A DNA stretch of 63,559 nt, the filler included, from Choristocarpus tenellus KU-1152 (taxonomy: Eukaryota > Protista > Phaeophyceae): NCBI GenBank assembly GCA_964200185.2. It is 9 parts of 9 records of this genome, joined end to end, with 100 filler letters (N's around TTAATTAATTAA, not from the genome) between each part and the next. Parts side by side here need not be neighbours in the genome. Positions count along the whole stretch, not along the records: positions 34,797 to 45,315 come from CAXNAD020002880.1; positions 45,416 to 53,437 come from CAXNAD020005261.1; positions 53,538 to 57,635 come from CAXNAD020016225.1; 6 more parts are not named here. One strand, given 5' to 3'. The notes below the pieces were generated by a model that did no database searches, was not told the DNA's origin, and saw nothing but the letters and a program-made list of their open reading frames with translations. Both the position numbers and the translations under genes were made by a program. Below, piece by piece: positions 42,901-56,700 of this stretch (positions within the stretch are counted from its first letter, which is position 1; every line of letters starts with the position of its first letter).

Positions 42901-43886
42901 GTTCCTCCTTGCTCCATTCAAAGTCCTTTCTAAACTCTTTCTTTTTTATTTTTATCAGTTGTGTTCTTGGGGCTCTCTTCACAGTCCACGTGCTCTTGCC
43001 CTGTGCTTCGAGTGGATCCCTAGACTTGTACTACAAGTTTTGATTTTTTTTTTTAGCAAAGCATTTTCTTTTTATTCAATCATTCACGCCCTTCGGTGTG
43101 TGCAACCCCTGTCACTTCAAGATTGTTTTGTCCTTGGGAAGCGAAATCGATATTTTTGAATCCCCCAGAGAGAGTGTGTGGAGTGTCAGTTGTTTTTTTT
43201 ACTCCCCGCCTTCTAAATCCGCAACATCAGGGCATCCCCCCCAAAAATAAATAAATAAATCAATGTTCCCTTCTGGGTAGGTCAGTATCGTATCAAATAC
43301 ATGCACAGGCCATCATATCTGATCAAACGAGAAATGGTGAAAATAAATAAAATAAAATAGAAATTTGAAGTGTTAGCAGGCGTCTTCACCTGGGGGGTGA
43401 ACTCACCCCTTTAATTGTCATTGTTTATATTGCATGTTGTTCTGATGACAAACTCAACCAACAAGATACCTCTGCTTCTAGTCACACATCTAAGTGTACC
43501 TCTTAGAGTGTGGGGGAATTTTGAGCACTCCCCATACACAAAGTCATTGTCTCATAGTGCATCATGTCCCCATCAAACAAACCAATTTTGAGCGTGAGGA
43601 TCAGTCACTATTTTCCAAGTTTGAGTTGAAGATAGCCAAAATCAGTGACTCGCCTTCCTCTGTTTCCTTCAAACTTAGCTCTCTTTGCCGCAGCCGCATT
43701 GAGTCAATCATTCCTTTGGCTGCTTTTTTTCTTTTCTTTTGCTCCTTTCGATCACTCTCGGCTGGCACCTCCCCTATGCTTGTGGTTTTTGTAGATATTT
43801 CTGCGGCGGTGAAGTCCCCTTATGCATCTTCTGGGGACTACATGCATGCCCTAGCCAAGGTGCATCAGCAACTGAGGGGTTGGTGA
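39969..43886 (+). CDS. NlpI-like TPR protein (family of plant At3g05625 and cyanobacterial TPR proteins), probably plastid-targeted; complete, 6 exons
   Basis: Exons 39969-40243, 40477-40598, 40929-40971, 41484-41594, 42542-42726, 43795-43886 splice in frame: RGIDKFRAGQVNASIADFD, PYMWQRGLSLYY, RFEEGSAQFRKDVAVNPNDTEEAIW, FYSNLYLGLYAEARGD, GDYMHALAKVH...RGW*. Hydrophobic leader ending SES-F. Confidence 0.9.
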
Positions 43887-44321
43887 TTCTGATGCACCAA
43901 CAGTGGGTCTAGCACACCTGCGTCTGGATCCCTCAAAGGGCATCTTGTAAGAAGAATATAAAATTCTGTACGGTGGCTCTTGAACAGTGGCTCTTGAAGT
44001 CCTACGAATATTGAAAACAGGATGCTCTAGGAGATAAGGAGGGGAAGAATTTGTGATCCCAAGGCAGGCGCTCATTTTTGCCATGCGTATCTCTATTTGC
44101 AAGCACCCCTCGCCACTTTTTTCTGTTCAATTACACTGTAGTAGCAGTGCTGGCTATTGCCTCTTTGTGTGACTAAAAGCTACAGGTCTGTGAGTTTGAG
44201 TGAGGGTTAGAGGAGTGGATTGTATGATGGGTTTTTTTGGCCCACATGGAGCTCCAAGTTAGACCTTTGGTTCTTGCTTTAAACTCTTGGGAAATGGAGC
44301 CATAGTTGGTAGCTTGACCAT

Positions 44322-44503
44322 GGCTTAAAGTTACTGGGGGGGAGGGATGGCAGATGTCCATTCGGGGTCAATTTTTTCATGTTGTGATTTTTGGGTGATT
44401 TGGTTCCATACGTTGGATGGATAATGAAAGTGCACTTTTCCTGGTTTTGGTCCAAGTGAACACCCTGGTGTAGAACCCCCCACCCCCACAGACACTTTGG
44501 GTT
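44322..44503. mobile_element. MITE family 2 copy, reverse orientation
   Basis: Reverse complement of the 31608 and 38305 copies; flanked by CAT/CAT. Confidence 0.85.
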
Positions 44504-45289
44504 CATCAGTCCTCTCCTCTCCTGAAGTGAAGCTTCCTAACTGGTAGAAGCATTCAAAGCTATTCCTATGCGCTGTGTTGGCATTCGTGTATGCAACATC
44601 CACTGCAAAAGTGAAAGAAGAGCCTTCTTCTTGCCGCCTTGCCACACTAGGACGCAGTCATAATTGCACACATTCTCACCACCTGAGGTGGGCCACCTAC
44701 TGCTAATGCTTGCAGGTGCAGTTTGGGTAGGTGAGAAGCAAAGGAAGGAGGTTTCCACAAGGTGTAAGGCATGTGGTATGAAGTTTTGTTGATGCAAGGC
44801 AAAGTACGTGAGATGTACCCAGGTTTAACCGTTTCACACTTGGAGCCTATTTTGCAGGGCGGGTCGGAAGCAATGGAAGGAGGTTTGCACAAGTGTGGTA
44901 TGAAGTGTTGCTGATATATTCCATTGTGGAGTTGGGGCAAGAAAAATCAAGTTCCACAAGGTAGGAACTGCTATGAATGTGTATTTTATTTTATGCTTCC
45001 TATTTTTCTTTGCATAAAATAGCCTAGTTGGTGGAATTAGAGTGAGGGGGATTCGTAAGTAGATACAGTTGCATGCCTTGGACAGCTCGATCATCCTTAT
45101 GTGATTTCATGTGCCTGAACTGGGCGATGAGGTTGGTGTAAATCTACACCCGGCCTTTCCATTTCTATCTTCAGTTTATTGACACAAATTCTGTTTTGGA
45201 AAGCCCATCTCCTGTGAAACAAACTGAGGCAGCAACGGTGGTTATGTCTAAGATATATGTCGGGGTAGCTTTTGAATTATGCAGGGTAA

Positions 45290-45315
45290 GACCCAAAGTA
45301 TCTGGGAGGGGGGGG
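45290..45315. mobile_element. MITE terminus (G-tract subfamily) at contig end
   Basis: GACCCAAAGTATCTGGGAG(n). Confidence 0.75.
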
Positions 45316-45415
45316 NNNNNNNNNNNNNNNNNNNNNNNNNNNNNNNNNNNNNNNNNNNNTTAATTAATTAANNNNNNNNNNNNNNNNNNNNNNNNNNNNN
45401 NNNNNNNNNNNNNNN
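45316..45415. other. Artificial contig linker
   Basis: N44-TTAATTAATTAA-N44. Confidence 0.99.
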
Positions 45416-46264
45416 GGAGGGAGTGTGGGGATAGCGGGGGTGGGGGGGGGTTAGTACCAGTAAGGGGGTTAGTACCAGTAATCAAAGTTACAAAGAGAAT
45501 TGTGGAGCCAAGAGGGCCACTGACCAATCAGGACATTTCTCTTTTGTTCTGCTACTGACGTGTAAGTTGTAACTTGTAAATCGACGCTTGATGGAGTGGT
45601 ATGGTGGTATGATACTTACCTCAGAACGGTACAAGCAATTCCACATATACCGTCAATATTATTTTCTCCAACAAGTCACACCGTACCACCGACTACATCA
45701 AAACGTTCTTAAATCAAAATGTTCTTTAAAACTCTGCTTCATACTAACCCTAACCCTAACCCTCACCCTCCACCTAACCCTAACCCTAGATAGGAATGGA
45801 TTTGGTGAACAAAACGAATGAAATTGTTGAATGTGATGAGGGGAGGGTTAGGGCTAAAATAAAGTGACAAAGAGCCCCTGTAATAAAAAAAAAAAAAAAA
45901 ACGATCCACTCATCTCATCTGGCTAGAGCACTGCAGCTGTTCCATAGCACCACAGAGCTCTATGTCAAAGCTACAACCCACAATACAGTGCAGTAGTAGC
46001 GCTACAGGACAACCTCCTAATCTACCTGCACGCTGTCTCACCACATTACATCCCACAACAAAAAAAAATCATCACCAAAGATTTTTTTTTTAAGTGCGCA
46101 GTACTACAACCCTTACTTTTTTTTAAGTGTATCATCACATCTGTACCACAATCCACACATTATTTTACTTCTACAACCCCCTAACCCTAACCCTAACCCT
46201 AACCCTAACCCTAACCCGAAATAGGACGTTCTAGCCCTGCACTCAAGTAGGGGCCCTAACTTGC

Positions 46265-49200
46265 CTTGAGCTTCTCCTTCTGATTCACACCAAACTTTTG
46301 CTCCTCATCTATCACCAGCAGACCAAGGTGACTGAATTCTACCTTGCGACCAAGTAGAGTATGCGTGCCAACCACCTTAAGAGATACACATCAACATTTA
46401 TTTTTTTTAAAGGTGGGTGTGTGTGTGTGTGTGTGTCAAGAAGAAGCATCGATTTACTTCAAGCACGTGGAGTCAAGATACATATCAACGGGGGGGTTTT
46501 AGATAGGGTGTGCGTCAAGAAGCATCAATTGGTTTCAAGCGTGTGGAGTCAAGATACGCATCAACGAATTTCAAAAAAATGGGTGTGGGTCAAGAAGCAT
46601 CAATCAACTTCAAGCGTGTGGAGTCAAGATACACATCAACGAATTTAAATCGCACACGTATCAACAGAAAAAAATAAACAAATTTCAGCTGTGTGCGTAA
46701 CTCTTTGTTCAACTCTTTTTAACTCTATGGGAGGGAGTGTGTGTGTTGTATGGTAGTTGAGATTCCAAACATGGTCAGGACAATCTTATTCCATCAAATA
46801 CAAAGAAATACAAAGACCACTAACGGTATGGATGATATGATGGAAGGTACACATATTGATCTACTGTCACGGCATACTCAAGAACAAAGTAAGGTGACAT
46901 TGATATTGTGAGGCTATTGTGAGGCTATTGTGAGGCTATTGTGATAGGAGCTACTGCGACACAAGAACATGATAAGGACACCTTCATGGTAAAAATGGTA
47001 CTAGCAAAGGGACACAATTGGAACATGAACATGTAGTAGCCACGTACGCCAATAAATAAAATAAATGGATTAGGGTTAGGGTTAGGGTTAGGGTTAGGGT
47101 TCACTAGTTGAAGTATCAGTTACTAATGCTCCAGCCACTGGCGCTCCTGTAAATAATAATATTAATACTACTAATAATGCTAATATTAATAATGCTAATA
47201 TTAATACTAATAATAAAAATGAGGAGGGAAAATTTACAGATGGGATACATGGTGTTAGAAGTAGACCTTCAAAAAATAGAATACTTTATTATATAAAAAT
47301 AGAATACTTTATTATATACCACGTACAGAAAAAATAGGAACATGAGTATCACTACATTATAGTATATATTCATTACTGTATAACCCTAACCCTAACCCTA
47401 ACCTTATCTACAAGAAAGCCAATAAATAGAAACGTCACTATTATTGTTAATTATTTCCACCAATGAAATGACTGGCGTGTATCGCATCCAGTTACATCCA
47501 GTTGATGGGATGCTCACTACACACATCTTGATTTATTTTTAAAAAGTCTACTGATGTGAATATTGCTCAACAATAATGGTAGTGGAGTGAAAGTCAAATA
47601 GGATTTCTAAAAAAAATCAAACAACATACTTGATATTTAAAAAAATTAAATACAACAAAAATACATCTTAATTTCAATTTAAATGTCCCTTTAATTTCAC
47701 TTGAATATTATTTAAATTCTATCATATATGAACCACTGAGTGCTGCATGACTCCACCAGAAAACGACCAATCACAAAACAACCATTAATTTATTCTCTAG
47801 ATTTGTCATACTATACTAAATCTAATTAACTAATTCATAGTTGTTAATACACAACACCAATTATTATTTTTGTTTATCATTCCCACCAATATCATAAAGT
47901 TTTCTACCTCTCAGAATCGCCCAATAGGATTATTACCATCAGTAACACATCCAGCAGTTCCTCCAATAGACTAGCCTCTCAGTAACATTCAGCCAATCAG
48001 ATAATACCTTGCCCTGCAACCTCTCCCCTACCTCAACCCTTCAAACAAATCATCACACAGTACTATTATTATTAATAATAAAAATAATAACAATAATAAT
48101 AACAATAATATTGTACTACGCTGTTCTTCAATATATTTACATTGACATCACTCGGGAAAGTCATTTCATTTTATTTTTTCATACACTGCACACTAAAAAT
48201 AATATTAATATTCATTATTTTTACACTGCACATAAAATATTCTTATTATTCATTATTTTTCATACACTGCACATAAAATATTCTTATTATTCATTATTTT
48301 TCATACACTGCACATAAAATATTCTTATTATTCATTATTTTTCATACACTGCACACCAGAAATATTGTTATTCGCATTCATGGGGAAAGAGTTGCGGTTG
48401 TGTTATAACTACCACTAACGGTATAAGCAGCTTGATGTATATACCATTCATCGTTTTGTACATAGTCATACCGTGCGATAAACTAAACCCTAACCCTACC
48501 TTGACTAATCCTTGGGAATACAATATATATATATATATATATATATAAATACTGGAAGGTGTACAATGTATTCATACTACCACAATAACAATAGCAATAT
48601 GATCATACACATCATACACATGTATAATTAATTCAAATCATGCCCTGTTTGTAGCATACAATACAGTAACCATGTAAGGACATGCTTCCAATACACTCAT
48701 GCCAATAACAGATGCACAAACAATGGTAATATAAACAAACAACAGTAGTGATATTAATAAAATATACTACTATACTCCAAAGTACACACTAAATAAATAA
48801 AAAGAAAAAATAAACAATATAAAAAACAATAGTAATATAAATAAAAATACACTACTGTACTCCAAAGTACATACTAAATAAAAACAATAGTAATAAAAAA
48901 ATAAAAACACGATCTAGTTGAGACAACTATGACCAACATACAAATAAATACCTTACTACTGTAAACATGCACATCATCATCAAACTCACCAAATCAATCT
49001 CTCCAGCCAAGAGTCGCTCCTTGATAATCCTTCCCCCCTTGAAGTTACCACCCCTCAGAAGCTCTATCTTGAAGTCCTCAGGCATCCGATTCTTTAAGGT
49101 ACTTCCGACATATAATAATAGAATAATAATGATAATAAGAATAAAAATATTAATATTCATTCATAATATTCATTCATATAGAATCAACCACAATGATAAG

Positions 49201-51472
49201 AGGTCAGTTACATTTGGTGAGGCAAGTCAGGGTGAGTCAAGGCCATATGGGGATTATTATCATTATTATTATTATTATTATTGACACACTTATATAATCT
49301 AAACCTGTCTAGACATGTCCATGGTGAAAAAGGTACACAGGAAATTAATATAGACATGTACACAGCAAGGAAGAAAATTTAAATACAGAACAAAAAATAA
49401 AATTTGTATGTAAGTAAAAATATAAACAAGAACGAAGATGTATATAAAATAATATATATAAGAAATAGAAAAATAAAAATATAAAAATATAAAAATAAAA
49501 AGATATAGAAGGGAAAAGAATAGAAAAGAAGAAAACATATGTATGTGTTTATGTCTGTATGTATGTATGTATGTATGTCTGTATGTATGTATAAGTGAAT
49601 GTCCTCACCGGTAGTGTTGAGCAGCTAAGATAGTGGTGGGAGCTAGGAGAGCCACTTGGCGATTGTTCCGAACCGCTCTGTTAGAACACGTAACAACATA
49701 ACACACATAACACACATAACACACACAACACACACAATACACACAATACACACAATACACACAATACACAAATACATGTAACACATGTAACACACATAAC
49801 AACACAACACACAAAACAACACAACACACAAATACATGTAACACACGTAACACATGTAACACACATAACAACACAACACACACAAAACACACAAAACACA
49901 TCACCAAAAGGGGGGGAGGGGGAGGGGGAGGGGGTATATTTTTTCCCTAGGTAAGAGAAAGTATTTTAATGTGTACTTTGATATTTAGGATGTGCAGAGA
50001 AGGAATGAGGGTATCATTTAAAAATATATACATAGGAATACTATTCCATTTTCTTAAGGCAACAGTGAATAACCTGTTGAAAAAATCCAAACCCATCAAA
50101 ACAACAAACCAACACACACCAGTTACAACTATATAAAGAGTTGTCCAATCAAACTTATCCCTAACCCTAACCCTAACCCTAACCCTAACCCTAACAAAAA
50201 CAAAACACACTCAAAGAAATAAAAGAGTAGATTCCATCACGCCAAAACCACAACATCACCTACCACTCTCACCCACTAACGAGCCCCCCCACTTCATTCT
50301 CATTCTCGCTATTAGGGTTGGGGTTAGGGTTAGGGTTAGGGTTAGAGTTACAAACCCTACTTCCATGAACAAACATCCCTGCACACTACTATTAGAGTTA
50401 GGGCGATAAACCCTAATCTTTCCATGAACGAGCACCCCTGCACACTATTATTAAAGTTAGGGTTAGGGTTAGGGTTAGGGTTAAAGTTAGAGTTAGGGTG
50501 ACAAAACCCAGCACACTCTGTTAACTTCATTTATTTTTTTTGCAGTCTCGTCCATCACCTGTACATGGCCCTAATCGCCACCTCAGTCTTCCCAAATCCC
50601 ACATCTCCACAAAGTAGTCTATCCATGGGGTACTTTCGCCAGACCATATCCTGCTCGATTTCCTCCAGGCAACGAACCTGTTCTCCAAAAGGGGATGGGG
50701 GGGGGAACAAGAAGAAAAAAACAAAAAGCACAGAAAGAAAAAGAAAAAAAATGTAAAAATAACGGAAATATGAAGTAAATATATGATTCAAAGTGTCAAG
50801 AAAAGGATACTTTGTAGAAAAAGATACATTTATATATATATATACATACGTATATGTGTATGTTCTTATAATAAATTATTTTAAAATAATAATTTAAGGT
50901 GGTGAGGTCGAATCTCCCTTCCCTGATGTGTCATAGAGGTAAAAGAGAGAGACAAATCTTCAAATCGTTTCAATTAGAGATGATGAAAACACACACACAC
51001 ACACACACACAGCAACACACAAACATGTCTATTCCAATCAAATGTAATATTTGATATTTGATGGGAATAGACATACGCAAACATAACAAAAAAGGAAACC
51101 TGAAACAGATAACCACTGTTCCACCAACCAGTGCATTTTTTAAAATATCTTAGATCTTTCTCAGAATATTAAATAAAATAGCAAGTTCAGCTAAATAGAC
51201 CAGTAAGAAAACACATAAAGAAAACATTTAACAATCAACCACACAAACGCACACTCACTTCAAACGCGTGTTCCTAACATAATAACAATAATAATAATAA
51301 TAATAATGACAATAATAATAATGATAATGATAATGATAATAATTGTAATAATAATGATAATAATAATAATAATTGTAATAATAATGATAATAATAATAAT
51401 AATTGTAATAATAATGATAATAATAATAATAATAATAACAATAACAATAATAATAATAATAATGATAATGAC

Positions 51473-51507
<35 letters not shown>

Positions 51508-51949
51508 TTGTAATAATAATGATAATAATGATAACAACAACAATAACAATAACAATAAAAATAACAATAATAATAACAATAATAACAAAAATAAACAATA
51601 TACCCTCCCATCAACCCCAATTTTTTTTAGTGAACAGAAACCAGGGCGTTCCTAGATTAGTCAGCAGGGAAATATCAAAACGCCTATCACATCATACAAA
51701 AACCCTAATAAAACACTAGACCGTTTCCATGAAATGAATAGGAGCAATGTGGCAGTGCCTTACTCCAAAAGAGGCAATGTTAAAGTGCAGTCAGTGCCTT
51801 GCCTGATCTTCGGTGGGAGTGTGTGCAAACTTGTTACAGAACTCAGCATAGTCTGGTCCATCTGGTACACATGGATCACGTTGAAGCCTCTCTCTCCTGG
51901 CATAGAGGTCCATCACATTAACAGCCTGCCTCTTAACCTTTTCAGCCAC
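46265..51949 (-). CDS. mfd: Transcription-repair coupling factor (Mfd/TRCF) SF2 helicase, partial; 5 exons
   Basis: Minus-strand exons 51949-51803, 50677-50559, 49677-49609, 49101-48990, 46375-46265: DLYARR...[54 protein letters not shown]...[21 protein letters not shown]. Confidence 0.92.
46378..46650. repeat. Tandem repeat of about 75-bp units (3 copies plus a partial)
   Basis: GTCAAGAAGCATC...TTCAAGC.GTGGAGTCAAGATAC.CATCAAC repeated. Confidence 0.85.
48175..48360. repeat. Minisatellite, unit about 41 bp, 4-5 copies
   Basis: CATACACTGCACATAAAATATTCTTATTATTCATTATTTTT repeated. Confidence 0.9.
49686..49900. repeat. CA-rich low-complexity microsatellite
   Basis: ACACACAAT / ACACATA-type units. 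Confidence 0.9.
51278..51600. repeat. (AAT)n/(GAT)n/(AAC)n trinucleotide microsatellite
   Basis: About 320 bp of AAT-based triplets. Confidence 0.95.
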
Positions 51950-51959
51950 CTGTATCCAA

Positions 51960-51979
51960 CCACATATACACACAGGCAT

Positions 51980-52019
<40 letters not shown>

Positions 52020-52252
52020 GTACATGCATATATAAACACATACACATACACAACACATACACAACACATACACACAAATGCATAGTACATATTACATACA
52101 TACACACACATACACAACACATACACAGAAATGCATAGTACATATTACATACATACACAACACATGCACACACATAAACACACAATACATAGATACATAC
52201 ATACATACATACATACATACATACATACATACATACACACATACACAACACA
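51960..52252. repeat. Compound (CA)/(TA)/(CATA) microsatellite
   Basis: Direct reading. Confidence 0.9.
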
Positions 52253-53028
52253 TGAGCTTTGAGGTACAGTACTATCAAACAAGCACTTTTTTTTTATTAT
52301 CCAATATTTTGAAACAAAAGGGTAGTAAATTAGATGCGTATGTACTCCTGTGCAACAATAAAATATGTAAAATTGCACACTATCAAGCAGCGATTTTTTA
52401 AAAAGAAGGGTTTTGATTCTAAAGGTCTGGTGGATTAAAAAAAAAAAATCGATCCAAAAGCTCTCGACTCTCTCAATTAGAATAATATTTATTTATTTTT
52501 TAAACGCGCGAAAAACTTGTTAAGAATTAAATCGAAACCGTACACACCGGTAGAATTTTATCAGAACAAAAAAAAGTTTTAAACCATCAGGTCAAAACCT
52601 TCCAATAATACTCAATCGGAATAGAAATAAATGTGTGAGTAAGGGTTAGGGTTATAGGGTTAGGGTTAGGGTTAGGGGCTAGCCACCGTCGGTAAAATAC
52701 AACCAGCTGAGCACTCACATTTGTTAAACAGTCAAGCCAATCCCACCTCCCAAGTCGTAATTGTCAACTTTCATTTCAAATTTGAATCGCGGTGACAATA
52801 AATAAAAAAATAAAAAAAATATTTCAACTACATTTCGTAACCTGTTATCTTACTTCAAAAATACATACATATATATATATATGTATGTAAAGAATATTTT
52901 TTAAACGCACACAATAATTTTCTTAATATTTACTATTATTATTATTATTATGCACTACTTTTGTATTGCACTTATCATCCCTCCTACCAAAAGGCGTGTT
53001 TGATGGAAAAATAAAAAAGCAATTCACA

Positions 53029-53061
<33 letters not shown>

Positions 53062-53065
<4 letters not shown>

Positions 53066-53343
53066 CAAAGTATCTTAGAGGGTAGAGCCGCGTCCATTTG
53101 GGGACCTAAATCCAACATTGCGATTTCGATGTAATTTTGCCTATATCCTGTTTGTTAGGAAGTGCTAATACCCTTGTTCCGGACACACCTTTTCATAACG
53201 CATACTACATTTTACCAATACTCAGAAACATTTCGGAGTAAGTAAAATGCCATTAAAAATAAAAAAATGGTGGGGAGCAAAAGCCTCCAAACAAAAACAA
53301 AAGCAGGGCAAAACTCGTACACCCTCTAAGATGACTTTCACTC
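53062..53343. mobile_element. MITE family 1 copy I, next to a (CA)n tract
   Basis: GAGTCAAAGTATCTTAGAGGGT...ACCCTCTAAGATGACTTTCACTC. Confidence 0.92.
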
Positions 53344-53437
53344 AGAGAGATTCTTCAAGTGCCACTCATAACCGTTCCGTCACCCACCACATCAAGCGAT
53401 ACATCTATTTATTGCATGTACACTCACTTTCCCCCCC

Positions 53438-53537
53438 NNNNNNNNNNNNNNNNNNNNNNNNNNNNNNNNNNNNNNNNNNNNTTAATTAATTAANNNNNNN
53501 NNNNNNNNNNNNNNNNNNNNNNNNNNNNNNNNNNNNN
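53438..53537. other. Artificial contig linker
   Basis: N44-TTAATTAATTAA-N44. Confidence 0.99.
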
Positions 53538-53705
53538 GTGCGGATATGTCTTTCGAATTTTGGGACACACGCTACAGTGATATTTGGGTAAGTCTATGTT
53601 TCCTAACCGTCACAGGGTACCCAGTCACATACTACATCATCCGTCTCCACACACAGGGGATGCTAACCCACTCTATGCATCCCTCCACTCTTCCACACAA
53701 TACAG

Positions 53706-56700
53706 ATCGTGTATTTGCATTCACCACATCACCACCAACCTTCCGGTTCAGTGCCTAAGAGAGAACTGGCAAAAAGTACATGCGAGGACGATCTTTGGCG
53801 ACGAGGACAACACACTTGCGCATGCACATGCGCATTCTGCGACAAAGGCACAGGATGCGATTCTGAAAAGGTAGAAGCCGCACTCGAAAGTGGTGTTCAT
53901 TTGATGGCCTTCCTCCTGTAAGTTTCTATGCCAAGCCATACCCACGACGTGGAGAATGTGTCTGCATGAAGAGCTCGAGCAACAACCAAAATATTCAACC
54001 CACCGTAGATACACACCAACGTACTCGCCCTCAAACCGTTGTACTACGTCCTCTAAATATGTGGCAGTGACAGCCGGACTCCACGAGTGACGTGCCATCC
54101 GCTATTCAAACCTCTACACTGAGACCAAAAACCACTGTTGGACTAATCAAAACAAAACAGATGCGAGAGGACCGTGCTGGAGCCCCTCAGCGAACCGTCC
54201 TCTGGCGGTTCCTTGCGCAGTTTCAAACATTCTTGTGTCGACGGTACATGTGACAGGTGTGACTGGAAATCTCATCCGATGTGGAAATGCCCTAGTATGT
54301 TGGACTTTCGCAGCACCCGTGTCACATGAAACGAGTCCTTCCACACATACACCCCGGTGGTGGAGGCAGACCTGCAACGAAAGACTTGCCAGGAGATAAA
54401 AGTGTGCCTTATGCAAACACACAACCAATAAATTAGATTTGGAAGACGAACCTGTCCGGTTCCACCCTCATGCCAGGTCCAGGACCGATACAGCAATCTG
54501 CCCTACCAATCGACCATATCCCCATGTTCACATCCAGACTATACACCCATGCTGCAATAAATCTCTATGTCCGTCTACACTGCCACACAGGCGCTGTCCT
54601 CTAGACTTGGCATCGCCACCCCCAGCAGGACCAACAAAGATGACATAATCCAGATGATCAAGGCAAAGTATGCAGAGCTGAGGGCAGATAATCTCATGAC
54701 CGACGATTTGATCATCGCTATGTGCATGGTGGGTGAGTCCGCCCCCGACTTCAGGAGGAACAGGACCGAGGAGAACGATGACGAAGACGCCCCAGGGTCT
54801 ATGGACAAGCCCAGCCGGAGGCGAAAGGTGAGCGACAGTCTCCTTTGAGTAATAATTACAGTGTACATCGAATCTTTCACGGCGTATTCGTCAAACAGCG
54901 GGCAGATATTCCCTCTCATAGCACCGAACATTATCGAATACGCCACAACAAAGCCTTAATCACCACGTCTTGTCACCAGCACCAACGCTCGAAACGCGAC
55001 CACCCGGCCCATTCAATACAGGTGCTGTTCCCAAGGACGGAGGGATTCCCTACACTCCTAAACGTCATATTTGTAAACTTCGACAAGAGCTTCTTCCTTC
55101 ATCGCAACACCTCCTTTTGGCAGGCGCAACAATAAAAGTACTGCAAATCCCGCCTCCCCAAAGGACACGCCGCCATGTCCATGGACTTCAGCGCCCGCCT
55201 TCAACACAACCACCAAGACTTGACACAACAAGAGCTCTTCAATCTATTCCTTACGGCACTTCTGACCATTGTCTGGTGGTTGAGGGATCTCAGATAAGAG
55301 GGAAATCTCGGGAAGGGAAGGGTTTTGGGCTCACAGCATGACGGTGTGTAGTGGAGACCGAAGCCAAAACAACGAGTTCGTCCAGAACGCCGTGGAGATG
55401 CTTGTGAAAGACCACCTAATACCTCTAGCCAGTGAACACGGACAGGCCCTAGATGTCTTCCACATCTGGTTCGAAGGCTGCGGGAGTCAGTTCAAGAACA
55501 GATGGCAGATGTAGTAGGTTTCTCAGTCTTTGGCGCGGATGGGAATTTCCGTATTACACAACTTCTTTGCCTCCTGTCACGGAAAGTCCTTTTCTGATGG
55601 AATCGGGGCTGTGGTGAAGTCTGCTGCCAGGAGACTGGAACTACATGGAGTGCGCATACCAGGAACCTCATCCCTAGTGTATGCAGTCAAGGCAACCAAA
55701 ATCTCAGCATTCCTTGAGGAATCCGACACCAGAGGAAGAGTGGTGATACCGCAAAGGTCATAAGGTTCCTCCCGAACAGACAATTGTAACAACGGTAGGC
55801 ACACTCCACATGAGGACCCCCCCCACTCACAAATTTCGGCCTCTGTTCGCCACTGGCGGCAACCCCAATACGTAAGCCCCTTGCCCACCTATGCTACAAA
55901 CAATATATACTATTCAAACCTGTGTCACATCCGTCACTCCCTTCATTTCGACACGAGGCGCAGCGTCAAGATAACACATAAGCACTTATCAAATGACTGC
56001 ACAGATAGTCTGTACACACTTACCTATTTTGTACAAGTCTGCCAATCGGTAAACTCGCGCAAAACCCCAAGTTCTTGATTTCTCTCCAGTGTCAACGTCG
56101 ATCATGTACCCAATGCTTGTTGCAGGAATAGATAACACATACACAAAATGCATGATTCTCCCCACCCGCAATAATTTCATCCCTGTTTGCCACTCGCAAC
56201 AGTCTGCACCCTCCCGCCCCTTGATAACCCATACACTAAACACGCAATAGATATCGTTGACCCATTATTACATCTCTGCCTTCCCTTCACGTTGACACCA
56301 CAAATCACATGGCAATGGCACATACACAATTCTTAATCTACCGCACACAGTCTGTTCACACTTGCAACCATCACCCTCGATTTAGAATAAGTCTGCCAAT
56401 CAGTAAACTAACCCAAAACTCCGAGTTCTTGTTTTCTTTCACGTACCAACGTCGGCCATGTATGTACCCACCGCTTGCTGCAGGAATAGATAGCACCTGT
56501 ACCACATGCATGAATTTCCTCAGACAATAATTGATCCCTGTTTGCAACTCGTTACAGCCTGCACCCTCCCGCCCCTTGATAACCCATGCACTAAAAAGGC
56601 GATAGATTTCGTCGACCCATTATGTCACATCCGTGCCTTCCCTTCATGTCGACACCACAAATCACTTGATTATCGCACATATGCACTTCTTAATCGACTA

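Larger units (their letters stand above)
45744..52677. repeat. Dispersed interstitial telomeric (TTAGGG/CCCTAA)n tracts
   Basis: Tracts near 45744-45788, 46179-46217, 47070-47101, 47381-47403, 50159-50195, 50311-50350, 50457-50499, 52640-52677, in both orientations. Confidence 0.9.

Noticed and set aside
46378-48360. Short repeat arrays as possible CRISPR arrays
   Set aside because: Units are contiguous near-identical tandem copies without unique spacers, no cas genes are present, and the context is eukaryotic introns.
49605-52401. ORFs rich in I/L/Y/C/V/H in the ORF track
   Set aside because: They are translations of microsatellites.
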